Assembly: GCF_964355755.1 (NCBI RefSeq) | Contig: NC_092673.1 | Location: forward strand, 29,509,648 to 29,573,647 | From: Antedon mediterranea | Taxonomy: Eukaryota; Animalia; Echinodermata | Length of the DNA stretch: 64,000 nt | Direction: 5' to 3' | Shown: positions 41,401-50,600 of the stretch, one piece after another | Layout of the letters: each line of letters begins with the position of its first letter | Numbering within the stretch: the first letter of the stretch is position 1 | Notes under the pieces: generated by a model | What the model was told of the DNA's origin: nothing | Databases searched by the model: none | The model's input: only the letters and a program-made list of their open reading frames with translations | Translations under genes and position numbers: made by a program

Positions 41401-42777
41401 AGAAGATCGCCGATTATTGTTAACGATAGCGTCGATCTAACATCGACAGGAAAACAGGCTTAAGAAGAAAATGATCTCATATTTCCTGTTTAAAGCAAAT
41501 CACTCCCCTCTCACTAATAATGGAACAATCCATTAAGAGAACTTTCTTGAAATAGCCATTAATTCTAGTGGGCTGAGGTGTCAATCTTGATCATGATAAA
41601 GCTCTGTCTACACTATCAAACTAGTTTGACAAAAAAACTTTGATGTTCCCAAATATGGCGGTGATATGACATTATTGTATCCATACGGTATATGGGCACA
41701 TGACATTTTTTTGCCACATAAAGTTTGATAATGTAGGCAGAAATTGAAGTACAATTTCTCCTGATTGTTAGTGATATACTAAAACCTCTTTTTAGCATAT
41801 ACTATTGGGTAACTATTTGGAACATTTTTCCTCTATGTTTGGATGTAATTATTATAGTGTTCTCTATCGATTGGCCACGCACTCACTAATATGAGTCCTA
41901 TCCTGTGATATAAATCCATAATGTTGACTCATTGATTTGGTGTTTATATCAAATAATACAAGTGTTATTAACTTTTACTTTTGTTACTTTTCAGAGAATG
42001 AGTGGTAGCAGAATGAGCATGTCCGAAGGTTCTCCCAGCTCCTACTACAATGACTTTGTACGACCATATATAGCTACTGGAGCCGAAGAAGAAGAACTAG
42101 TATGTATTATTGTTTAATCTAAAGCTCTGTCCACACTATCAAACTAGTTTTACAAAAAAGTGTGATGTGCCGAAATATGGTAGTGATATGACATCATCAT
42201 GTCCATATATGGGCACATCACATTGTGTTGTAGCATAAAGTTTGATAGTGTAGACAAAGCTGCTTTAAGAATAACAGCAGGGTGGATCTATAGCAATGCT
42301 CTAGGTAACAGTTCTCAATTGACCTAGCAACATACAAGCTGTGAGTGACAGAACGTAGATCTAGATTTATATAAAAACAATCTGTAACTGTTGCTAGTTC
42401 TCAGTTGAAATATCAATAAGAATTTGAAAAAAATATATATGTATACAAATATACTTTGCCTTAAAATCTTGGCGTACTATTCACTGAAGCTTATCAAAAC
42501 TTAAAAATAAATGGTAAATAAAAATACTTCATTTGCTATCCAATCGAATTTGAACATTTTCATGAAAGCCCCAGTGGTATAATGGTTAGGACATCTGCAT
42601 ATCATGCAGAAGGTTCCGGGTTCAAATCTCAGTTGAGGCAGTTTTTTCTTATTCCCACTAATTTCCTCATCTTTATCGTTTTAAATTATATTATGCATAC
42701 AAATATTTCCACTTTTTTTACAGTCACAGTCTTATTACAATCGTGGATTTACACGCAACTATAATGCCAACAATTAA
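116..42777 (+). CDS. Giant multi-exon type-I transmembrane mucin-like protein (MUC4/SUSD2/Mesh-type NIDO-AMOP-VWD core plus HYR, SEA, LDLa, CCP and about 22 EGF modules); 5' end lies upstream of the window
   Basis: Chain of AG..GT-bounded exons with compatible phases (mostly 1-1) from 116 to the TAA at 42775-42777. Domain motifs were read from translations (see sub-features). A single-gene model is inferred from phase continuity and the absence of an internal stop or start exon. Confidence 0.8.
463..1180. repeat. Intronic minisatellite, 88-bp unit, about 8 copies
   Basis: ttcttagtttagttgttttgta...ccaagctgtgacctgggatg recurs at 472, 560, 648 and onward. Confidence 0.95.
5721..5964. mobile_element. 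MITE-like element with terminal inverted repeats (PIF/Harbinger-like)
   Basis: aagctactttcaca ... tgtgaaagcagctt, with TAA/TTA flanks. Confidence 0.55.
6120..6146 (+). CDS. 27-nt micro-exon (GPTTTPQVT)
   Basis: tattttcag|gcccaacaaccactccacaagttacag|gtattg; phase 1-1. Confidence 0.75.
6505..11073 (+). CDS. Tandem array of Thr-rich micro-exons: one divergent copy plus 26 repeat units of 163-172 bp
   Basis: Each unit is aatag|gaactaatgt...caaactacc(t)tta|gtaagt, a 57- or 60-nt exon encoding RTNV(I/V)ATDITEI(A or PS)TDQTT(F/L). Exon starts: 6505, 6775, 6944, 7116, 7279, 7442, 7614, 7786, 7958, 8130, 8299, 8471, 8643, 8806*, 8978, 9150, 9322, 9494, 9657*, 9829, 10001, 10172, 10341, 10510, 10679*, 10848, 11017 (* = acceptor mutated). 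Confidence 0.8.
11845..11983. mobile_element. MITE family B copy (degenerate)
   Basis: aagcttggttct...tgggaaccaagct; related to the copies at 38045-38168 and 45346-45527. Confidence 0.7.
12498..13014 (+). CDS. SEA domain 1 (exons 12498-12637 and 12792-13014)
   Basis: [13 protein letters not shown]...[12 protein letters not shown]; contains the SEA G-S-I-I motif. Confidence 0.8.
13390..13855 (+). CDS. Micro-exons 13390-13395 (6 nt), 13516-13548, 13671-13703 (33 nt each) and 13826-13855 (30 nt)
   Basis: All bounded by a pyrimidine tract and AG upstream and GTATG/GTAAG downstream; phase 1-1; encode [24 protein letters not shown] and [10 protein letters not shown]. The last three have a 155-bp period. 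Confidence 0.7.
14052..14817 (+). CDS. Two LDL-receptor class A exons (14052-14165, 14695-14817)
   Basis: [38 protein letters not shown] and [32 protein letters not shown]. Confidence 0.9.
15574..16257 (+). CDS. Two CCP/Sushi exons (15574-15747, 16084-16257)
   Basis: [10 protein letters not shown]...[20 protein letters not shown]...PTC and [10 protein letters not shown]...FECEEGY...C. Confidence 0.85.
15880..16065 (+). mobile_element. Degenerate SINE fragment
   Basis: 3' part cactggaccctttgagagaacagtctgtactaaagagg matches the tail of the minus-strand SINE at 50.8-51.1 kb and is followed by an A-rich tail. Confidence 0.5.
16466..17118 (+). CDS. Two calcium-binding EGF exons (16466-16591, 16996-17118)
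   Basis: [12 protein letters not shown]... and [11 protein letters not shown]... match the cbEGF consensus. Confidence 0.9.
17380..17475 (-). mobile_element. Penelope-like terminal fragment with a decayed hammerhead motif
   Basis: Minus strand reads ctgagga-c-gatcaa-aacata-ttgatc-aaaac-gta; homologous to 36130-36230. Confidence 0.45.
17726..20957 (+). CDS. NIDO and AMOP-like domains (exons 17726-17880, 18001-18165, 18709-18882, 19337-19832, 20179-20340, 20838-20957)
   Basis: GFPFG...FTENG...VAPFWADAD...VYYQ...[20 protein letters not shown] (NIDO); [14 protein letters not shown]...GARCCY...CC...[10 protein letters not shown] (AMOP-like). Confidence 0.85.
18180..18330. repeat. Low-complexity (CTAG/CTAC)n repeat
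   Basis: agctacctaactagctacc iterated. Confidence 0.8.
21329..24969 (+). CDS. VWD domain and downstream linker (exons 21329-21543, 22129-22213, 22450-22647, 23789-23902, 24299-24559, 24787-24969)
   Basis: [21 protein letters not shown]...[15 protein letters not shown]...FEFGLTW...CLFD; matches the MUC4/SUSD2-type VWD. Confidence 0.85.
21927..21965 (+). pseudogene. Partial, dead duplicate of VWD exon 22129-22213
   Basis: ttttag|gttgaaatcagattgactagcaatagtcc versus tttag|gttgaaatcaggttgactagcgatagtct; the homology breaks off into a T-rich tract with no donor. Confidence 0.65.
22940..23672 (+). mobile_element. 5'-truncated non-LTR retrotransposon (C-terminal part of ORF2, 3' UTR and (GAATT)n tail)
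   Basis: YKYLG motif upstream of ORF 22987-23403 (…[22 protein letters not shown]…YNNALRKIL…CSASAMF); tail ataaagttgaattgaattgaattgaatt. Clade not determined. Confidence 0.8.
25397..35349 (+). CDS. About 20 tandem EGF/cbEGF modules
   Basis: Exons 25397-25578, 25875-26055, 26494-26616, 26850-26981, 27264-27632 (3 EGF), 28406-28534, 28831-28944, 29340-29462, 29962-30078, 30469-30603, 31012-31134, 31751-31870, 32771-32896, 33248-33490 (2 EGF), 34014-34151, 34654-34779, 35227-35349; D(I/V)(D/N)EC...C.N..GS(Y/F).C.C..G(Y/F). Confidence 0.92.
31400..31580. mobile_element. Palindromic MITE-like element
   Basis: atggagcagcaccctctccaaactaggaagtcaaaa versus ttttgactttctaatttgatgagggcgctactccat (imperfect inverted repeat). 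Confidence 0.55.
32347..32690. repeat. Intronic minisatellite, 42-bp unit, about 8 copies
   Basis: cacagtctatacactcatgatgctcacatgatattgtaatgt repeated. Confidence 0.95.
35716..36554 (+). CDS. Divergent SEA-like domain (exons 35716-35822, 36344-36554)
   Basis: Same two-exon phase 1-0/0-1 layout as the other SEA modules; ...AIQFRVDF...; lacks the GSII motif. Confidence 0.5.
36130..36310. mobile_element. Penelope-like fragment with inverted pair of decayed hammerhead motifs
   Basis: ttttgatcaatatacgtttatcgtcctcagg ... cctgaggacaatcaaagtatattgatcaaaacg (inverted). Confidence 0.45.
36917..37457 (+). CDS. Ser/Thr-rich mucin exons (36917-37063; 37167-37457 with 15-bp [10 protein letters not shown] repeats)
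   Basis: ORF 37145-37480; ttacag acceptor and caag|gtagat donor. Confidence 0.88.
38045..38168. mobile_element. MITE family B copy
   Basis: aagcttggttcccac ... gtgggaaccaagttt. Confidence 0.75.
38590..39318 (+). CDS. SEA domain 2 (exons 38590-38726, 39090-39318)
   Basis: [13 protein letters not shown]...[12 protein letters not shown]; close paralogue of SEA 1. Confidence 0.82.
39858..40617 (+). CDS. Juxtamembrane micro-exons 39858-39875 (18 nt), 40206-40220 (15 nt), 40606-40617 (12 nt)
   Basis: Long pyrimidine tract and cag upstream, gtatga downstream; phase 1-1; encode VPTTTE, VPTTK and APGI. Confidence 0.78.
40320..40542 (+). mobile_element. Penelope-like retroelement terminal fragment with a minimal hammerhead ribozyme and a 16-bp target-site duplication
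   Basis: TSD catattatgaagtact at 40304-40319 and 40543-40558; core gca-CTGATGA-a-gggc..gccc-GAAA-gc-TC-tgc at 40380-40417; the 3' part recurs at about 53208-53275. Confidence 0.7.
40893..42777 (+). CDS. Transmembrane and cytoplasmic tail exons (40893-41188, 41995-42099, 42724-42777)
   Basis: [29 protein letters not shown] followed by RRRR stop-transfer; Tyr-rich tail ending [17 protein letters not shown]. Confidence 0.85.
41242..41462. mobile_element. MITE with TIR aagcctgttttcctgtcga
   Basis: aagcctgttttcctgtcga ... tcgacaggaaaacaggctt; internal inverted cgacgatc-type repeats. Confidence 0.75.
42568..42640 (+). tRNA. tRNA-like sequence (Asp-like, anticodon ATC); probably a pseudogene or SINE head
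   Basis: 73 nt; A box tggtataatgg; anticodon arm tctgc-atatcat-gcaga; B box ggttcaaatc; imperfect acceptor stem gccccag/ttgaggc; T run downstream. Confidence 0.55.
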
Positions 42778-43132
42778 GGTTAGTTTATTTTAATGCCAAA
42801 AATAAATGACAATATCAGAAAATATATCTTTTTAAAGACATTTAAAAAACATAGAATAAATGTTGTTTTGTATAATTCTGCTTTTTATTTGGGATTTTTT
42901 TAGTTTTCATTAAAATAATTTGGAAATATTGTTAAACTAAACTAATTTTTATTTTTTGCAGGAATGACTGAAAACTAATGCGACTGAAATCAAGTATATA
43001 CAAATATATAAATAATCATGTAGTTTTTTATATAAAAAAGATATTTATATGTAATATACAAAAAAATAGGAATTTTATATGTAAAGACTAGGGGTTTTTA
43101 TATGTAAAAATAGTTAATTTTACCAGTACTAA

Positions 43133-43138
43133 AATAAA
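43133..43138 (+). terminator. Candidate polyadenylation signal of the mucin-like gene
   Basis: AATAAA downstream of the putative 3' UTR exon starting at 42962. Confidence 0.35.
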
Positions 43139-43934
43139 TACTATTGCATACGTTGTGAGAAAAATATTACTTTGGCTTTTCTGGAGATTGTTACCAAAGA
43201 AATCTTCCTTGATATATTGTCAACAAAAAAACATAAATAATATTAACAAATAATATGGTGACAAGGTGTACTAATTTAGCTAATCAAATTAGCATCTAAA
43301 TGATCTATAAGACATATTTCTTAAATTATTATAATATAAACGATAGGACATTTGTAAGCAAGATTAACAATCATAACAATGAACAATTAAAAATCATAAT
43401 TACAACAAACCAACAAACAACTGTTAGATAGTAGTAATAATAATTTTTATACTCTAAGAATTATTAAATAACAATTTCTTTTAGTTTCTGAATTTAAAAA
43501 AATATGAAACTCAAGCATAAAGTGTTAGAAGGCTAAACCAATAGTAAACCACCTAATCCGGTTGAATTTTTAAAGTGTTTCGGTTTGTATGCAAAAGCAT
43601 ACATAATATGAATCATAATAAACGTAGTGTTAATAATGTGTAGGCAACATGCTTGCTTACTTTAGACAGCGTGGTTTAACGGGTAAAATATATATTTATA
43701 TAGTCTATGCAAACTACACTATTATTCAGACAATCACTTTTATTATAGTGAAATAAAATAATATTTGCAATAATTGTTCAACTTGTGTGTTTGATTGTGT
43801 ATACGCGTTATTAGTTTGGGAAGAAATCTATCTAATCTATTTTGCAAATGATTTGGTAGGAGGAATTTCTCTATAATAAATCAACTACAGTACAATAGTA
43901 TACAGTGTGACCATTGTACAAGCAGGACGAAAAC

Positions 43935-44162
43935 AAGTACAACCAATAAAATTGCTATCATAATTTTAGACATCTATTTGTGGTAATAGTTGTCTATTAT
44001 GTAAATAAGTTAGCAACAAGCCCAACTTCTTTATATAGTATGATCATGAATATACGTGAAATAAAGTCTGCTGATTGGTTAATAGTTATGCAATTACAAT
44101 CTATAGAGGGCGTCTTGCGGGAGTTTACAAAATAAAAAAACGTGACTGAAATTGAAAAGAAG
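43935..44162 (+). promoter_or_regulatory. Putative FIGNL1 promoter and non-coding first exon
   Basis: CCAAT boxes (ccaat near 43943, attgg 44074-44078), E2F-like gcggga near 44117, donor aag|gtaaag after 44162. Confidence 0.45.
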
Positions 44163-44664
44163 GTAAAGTTGCCTAGTTTAAAAAACGTATTTCAACGACA
44201 TAAATTATGAATCATATAGCAAATAGGCCTAGCCTAGGCCTATATGAAATGTAGTTAGTACCAAAATCAACGGCATATTATTTTATCAGATATAGGCCTA
44301 GCCTAGGCCTACTCTTATCATAATATTAGCCTAGGCCTAGCCTAAAAGAGGATGCCTAGCTAGCTAGCTGTAGAAGTAAGTAGGGCCAGGCTAGGCCTAC
44401 CTAGCTAGGCCTAGCCTAGTAGTAATATTACTACTAGGTTAGGTAGGGGCTAGGAGGCCTACCAGCCTAGCCAGGTAGTCTGAGATGGCATAGCCTAGGC
44501 CTAGACTAGAGACGGAATTTGAGTTGAGTATTGTTTTGTTACTAAATACTAGGCTAGCTACTACTAGGCCTAGGCTATATTATTATTCATATTTGCCCAG
44601 GTTAGGCCAACTATGTATGTAGTACTTTCTCATATTTTCAGAATTGGATAAAGCCTACTACAAT

Positions 44665-47600
44665 ATGAATCTGTCTACAACAGAAACCTTTTCGTTGAAT
44701 AAATGGCAAAGATGTTATTTTCATTTAAAATCAAGTGATGCAACTTGTGTTCAAAAGGCTAATGCAATCAGAGGTATCCTGGCACAAATTGAAGTCGCAC
44801 ATGCCAATAAAAGGTTTGTTGTAAAAAAGGGTCAACTATCCCTTCATCCTTTTCTCCCCTCTCTTCTTCTCTTTCTCCAGAAAGTGAGGTTTTCTCAGTT
44901 CATTTTAAATTATGGAAAAGCATTTTTTGCAAATTTTATTTTCAAAAATCCTGGTTTGGTAGTTTAGAGAATCCTGTTTTTTATTTGTTACTAATATTGG
45001 TAAAAAAATATAATCATGCATCATTGGAGATTTTTAATGGTTAAATTGTTTGTTTTTGATTTTTATATACTCATCCTTTAATAAATCTTAATTAAATGCG
45101 TATATTGTATACTTACATTTGTTTTAACTAGCCACATTATATGTACAGTATTACATTGTGCATTGTTTTCATTACATTTTTTAGCATTTCAAACAGTGGT
45201 GCCATGCATCTAACCAAACAGTATGGGGGTTTACTGTCCAGCATCGTTGATTCGCAAACAGGACTTAATAACTACGCTGAGCAAACTTTAACTTTATGCG
45301 CTAATCATAGAAATGGTAATTGCATCGCTAGTTAAAGTTACTTTAAAGCTTGGTTCCCACTAGAACGTAACGCAAGGACGTAAACGCAACGCAAGCGCGT
45401 TGACCAATGACAAGCGAAGTTATAGACAGTTAGCAATCACAAGCGAATAAGCCAACGCTTGTGATTGGTCAATTCACTTGCGTTGCGTTACGTCCTTGCG
45501 TTGCGTCGCTAGTGGGAGCCGCGCTTTAACAAGTAAATACTTAAGTGATAAGAGTACACACTTTAACTAGACCAGTTCAAGCTGTACTAAAACACACACT
45601 ACTAAAACCAAATTAGAGTATGGTGCAAATTGATACCAAATCATTTTACCTACAGTACTGTAAACAAAGAGCGTTATTTTTGTTAGTTGCCTAAATGATG
45701 TATATTTATAAATTAAAAAATTTAAGAAAAAAGGATAATATTGAAAGCAAAAAAATTGAAAATATTAATGATTAAATGTTTTTTATCAGAATATCATACA
45801 GAGACAAATATAAGAAAATTATAAAAAAGGAGAAAATAATGTATTATTGATAATTGTATTGATCATGACATTATGAAAGAATAAAAATGGTGGTTCACGC
45901 CACTAAATAAACAAAGAGCATGTTTAAGAGGTGGTTTTAATTTTGACTTTTATATGACCACACTGTGAAGGGTCAATAAAATACAGAGAGAGTTTTTTTA
46001 GGCAACACATTTAATATGTTTGATTAATTGTATTGTAAGTAATAACAAAAATCTTTTTGTACTGGCAGAAAGTCAAGAATGGAGGAGTGCTTTGACATCA
46101 GAAAGTTTGCTTGAAAATGAACATATACAAAATATGCTGAAACATTCACAGGTGAGATACTTTATTACACATTAAGGTTGAGTTAAACATTTGATGAATA
46201 TCAATATTTAAATGTTTGAGCTACAGAAGCTAGGAGGTAGGTGTAAAGAACATTAAAATGAATGAATCATTATAATAATCACCATCATTATAATCATAAT
46301 CATCATCTTAATCATCATTGTCATCATCATAATAATATGGTGATGAATGGATGGTGTTAGCATGGATGGAAAGCTAGCACTAAGCTTTAGGTTGGGTAGA
46401 AGAATTCTCAGCCCAGCTGTTTATGTTATTATTCTCTACTTGGCGGTATGAGACTATTTTAGAGTACGATTTGTGACACATTTTTGTTTTGTTTCTCTCT
46501 TCACAAACTCAGGATTTTAAGACAAATCAAATGAACCAGTCTACCATCGTTGTTAGAACCAAACAACCAGGAACCAACAGAGTACAAAATCCAGTTACTG
46601 CTTGTCAAAATCAACCAGAAAGTGCAAAGCCAGCTACAATCTCACATCAAGTGTATCATCAGCAGAACATTAATGTTAAAACAGAGGGAGGACATTACAA
46701 GCAACAGAATTGTAGTACTTATTCTACCTCTGGTCAAAGTTCAAAGTTTAATCCTACATTGTCTGTTTTTGAAAGTCACTTTAAGTCTGATCTTAAAGTG
46801 AAATCAAGTTTGTTGAAGTCAGATAGGAACTCAAATGTCAACCATAATAAATTGTTTTATGATTCAGAATCGGGGCCTAGTAACTCAAACAGAAGATTGT
46901 ATAATTCAGATTCAGGGCCTAGTACATCAAATTCATGTCTTAATAATGTAGATCTAAATAGAAAATATCCAGATGCAGGGCCTACCGCAGATTCTGGAAG
47001 ACAAAATCTACACAGAAGCAGACTATTTGGTGGTGACTTGCTGCAACAACAAAGTGCGAATAAGAGAACATTACATGGTAAATATTTTTAAATAATAAAG
47101 TTTGTATTGTTTGTAGCATTACAGACTATGTTTGTACAAGCTTTTCTCAGTAGTCTAGGTCCTGTATTTTGACTATATATTACTAGTAAAAAGATAAATA
47201 TTTTGACACACATGGCATTTCATACATAAATACTTTAGCTCGACAAAAATAGTAATGCCAACTGGTGGACTAACATAAAAGAAAAGCAATGACTTTAGAT
47301 TTCCTTTCAATAAAGGGTTTTAAACATTTTATATTCAAATATATAGACATGTATGAATGTGACATGAAAAAGTCATCCCATGTAAGCAGAACATTGAATC
47401 AAGATGATGTTACTCACCCTAAGCAAGCTAATAACTTTCTGACAGCCAGAGACCAATTGGTGAGACATCTCATTCATTCCGAGTGTTGCACAACTGGATT
47501 CAAAACGGGTGAAACTTGATCCAGGTTTTCATAAATTAATAAAACACTATGTTTTAGTTTTGACGATTATACAGGTGGAATGCCATCCTGAGATTAGAGC

Positions 47601-50600
47601 GCGTCGTCGTCGTCTCAGTTTATTTGTGTTATTTTATACATAATTTATACTTTTTATTGACCAGAGATTCCAAAATAAATGATTGAAGGAATGATGAAGG
47701 ATAGAACAATAGCTTGAACATTTCATTTCACAATTTGTAGGCCCACCCACTCTCCCAAAGCCTTATTTCAAAATCCTGGATCTGGAAATTATCCCTGACC
47801 ATGCTCATGTTGGCATGCATGAGTACTGCATGCTCATGTTGGCATGCATGAGTACTGCATGCTCATGTTGGCATGCATGAGTACTGCATGCTCATGTTGG
47901 CATGCATGAGTACTGCATGCTCATGTTGGCATGCATGAGTACTGCATGCTCATGTTGGCATGCATGAGTACTGCATGCTCATGTTGGCATGCATGAGTAC
48001 TGCATGCTCATGTTGGCATGCATGAGTACTGCATGCTCATGTTGGCATGCATGAGTACTGCATGCTCATGTTGGCATGCATGAGTACTGCATGCTCATGT
48101 TGGCATGCATGAGTACTCCATGCTCATGTTGGCATGCATGAGTACTGCATGCTCATGTTGGCATGCATGAGTACTGCATGCTCATGTTGGCATGCATGAT
48201 TACTGCATGCTCATGTTGGCATGCATGAGTACTGCATGCTCATGTTGGCATGCATGAGTACTGCATGCTCATGTTGGCATGCATGAGTACTGCATGCTCA
48301 TGTTGGCATGCATGAGTACTGCATGCTTGTATTCATACAATCTTTGAGAAAAGCTACCAATAATAAATCTGTTGCATTTATTTACTTGCAGACAATTAAC
48401 AACCAGAAGAAGAATAGAGGAAGAGAAGAAAGCACTAGCGGGTCAACAACTTGTTACGGGACAAGTCGTAAAGTGCTTGGAACAAGGTACAGTAGAACCT
48501 CCATTTTACGTACGGTACGGGACCGAAAGGCGTACGTAAAACAAAGGATTCGTAAAATCAAGGTTGACCTTAAATTGACCCCAAATACGTAGAGATCGTA
48601 GCTGGCCGTGTTTGCCTTCTGTACATTATGCAGGTGGTCACTAGCTAGGCCTTGCCTAGACTATTCAGGCCAGGCTAGCAGGCCTAGCAAGATGTGAGGC
48701 CTAACTAGAAAAGTACAGTATATACAGGCTGTGCGATGTTTAAATAAAGTGTAAAATATAATTGTTTTCTATAAAAAAAAAAACAGTCGCTGCTTTATGG
48801 GGAATGCACGTGCGTAGCTTGTCCCACACACAGCAGAATTCCTCACACAGCCATGCTTGTGGCTTTGTGTGCTTTGTTGTTGTTAATTTGCGCCCTCAAT
48901 GTAAGAAAATGATGACGTCATCGGTTATTTTTAGCGTACGTAAAATCGAGGGAACGTAAAATCAGGGTACGTAAAACACAGGTTCTACTGTATTAAGTAT
49001 TTTATTATACTAACTAGAAGCATGATAATGATGATGCATGATAACAGGATTATTACCACTAATATTATTGGTTATCCGCCTCAAGCGGATAAGCCCTTGG
49101 AATTGTAGTGTTTCTTTTTTTTTTTTTTATTATTCTTTCTTTCCGCCACTTTTGTACGCGACGTTTCTCTGCAACGTGTTAACATAACATGTTGTAACTT
49201 GGTAAACATTTAGACATTTAACTGAAGTTGTGCAGCCAAGCTTTTGGACGCTGTCAGAGCCGCGTAGCGTAAGTTACGCGCGAGTTTATGAAAATCTTAA
49301 ATTGATCATAACTTCGAAAACCGATAAATATTTTTTAACGTAACTTTCAGCCACGTTTTCTTCACATCAATGGCTAACTTTTTCAATCTTTAGCACATTT
49401 TTGGACACTAGAAAGTTTGCGCGTAAATTGCGTTTGAAATTTTAAAATACTCCAAATTTGTACACGCTGTTTCTCTGCAATGCGTTAACATAACATGTTG
49501 TAACTTGGTCAACATATAGACATTTAACTGAAGATGTGCAGCCAAGCTTTCTGACGTTGTCAGATACGCGTAGCGTAAGTCACGCGCGATTTTCTTAAAA
49601 TCTTAAATTGATCATAATTTCAAAACAGATAAATATTTTTTAACGTAATTTTCAGCCAGGTTTGGTTCACATCATTTGTTAACTTTTTTATTCCTACCGA
49701 ATTTTGTAACATTAGAAAGTGCGCGCGTAAACGGCGTTTGAAATTTTAAAATGCTTCAAATCAATTTCTGATTAATCAATCAATCAATCAATCAATAATT
49801 TTTATTTCTCAAATAAAAACACAAAAAAACAGTTAACATTTTCTAAAAATAATAGATAATAAATGAGAAAAAGGAATTAAATAGAGCACGTTTCAGGTCA
49901 TTTTAAGCGTTTAAAAATTTACCACTGGTGCGCACATTTTTACGCGCGCACGGCGCAGGGAACACGTATGAGTATTTCTTTTACACGATTTGTGTTTTTA
50001 AATCTTTGGTTAACAATTTTACGTTATTTTATTCACTATTCAACTTGAAATGCCGTTCTACGAGCACGTTAAACATGACTGGTTGCGCACAAAAACGTCA
50101 AAAAATTGTGAAAATGTTACAAAATATGTCTACTTTTAAAAACGATACAGTTCATCAGAATGCAAGGTTACCCCCATTTCTTATTTTTATTTCTTGCAGT
50201 GTATGAATCATAGGTATGATTTATTATAGTGTTGAATACTAAAACGTGTTTGATGGCTACATTATTTGCATATTAAATATAATTTTTGAAATTTTTATCA
50301 TCAAACAAACATAAACTTTTTCAAACAGCAAAACAATAAACATAACGTTTATCTTTTTTCTTTTCATGTTAATATATAAAACTTGAAAGTATGTACTTTC
50401 ATAAAATGTCAGCGTTTAAAATTTGTGAAGATTTCATCATAGTAAAATTTATGATTTAAGTTTGATATGTAATAATCAACTTGCATCGAGGGGGTTCACG
50501 ACATACCGAATGAACGAGGACTCTTTCTTCGGATTCTCTTCAGCAGGTGCTCATATGGCTCGATGTGTAATGCAACCGACTTTGGTATCGGAGGTACCGG

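Larger units (their letters stand above)
16619..42262. mobile_element. MITE family A (about 110-140 bp, PIF/Harbinger-like): about 10 dispersed intronic copies at approximately 16619-16730, 25633-25755, 26177-26310, 30795-30885, 34172-34298, 35460-35598, 36671-36810, 39367-39510, 41598-41740 and 42122-42262
   Basis: TIR aagctctgtctacactatcaaact / agtttgatagtgtagacagagctt; inner inverted tgtgatgtgccca; TAA/TTA flanks; no ORF. Confidence 0.85.

Noticed and set aside
47798-48328. CRISPR-like 29-bp palindromic repeats
   Set aside because: Head-to-tail copies with no spacers.
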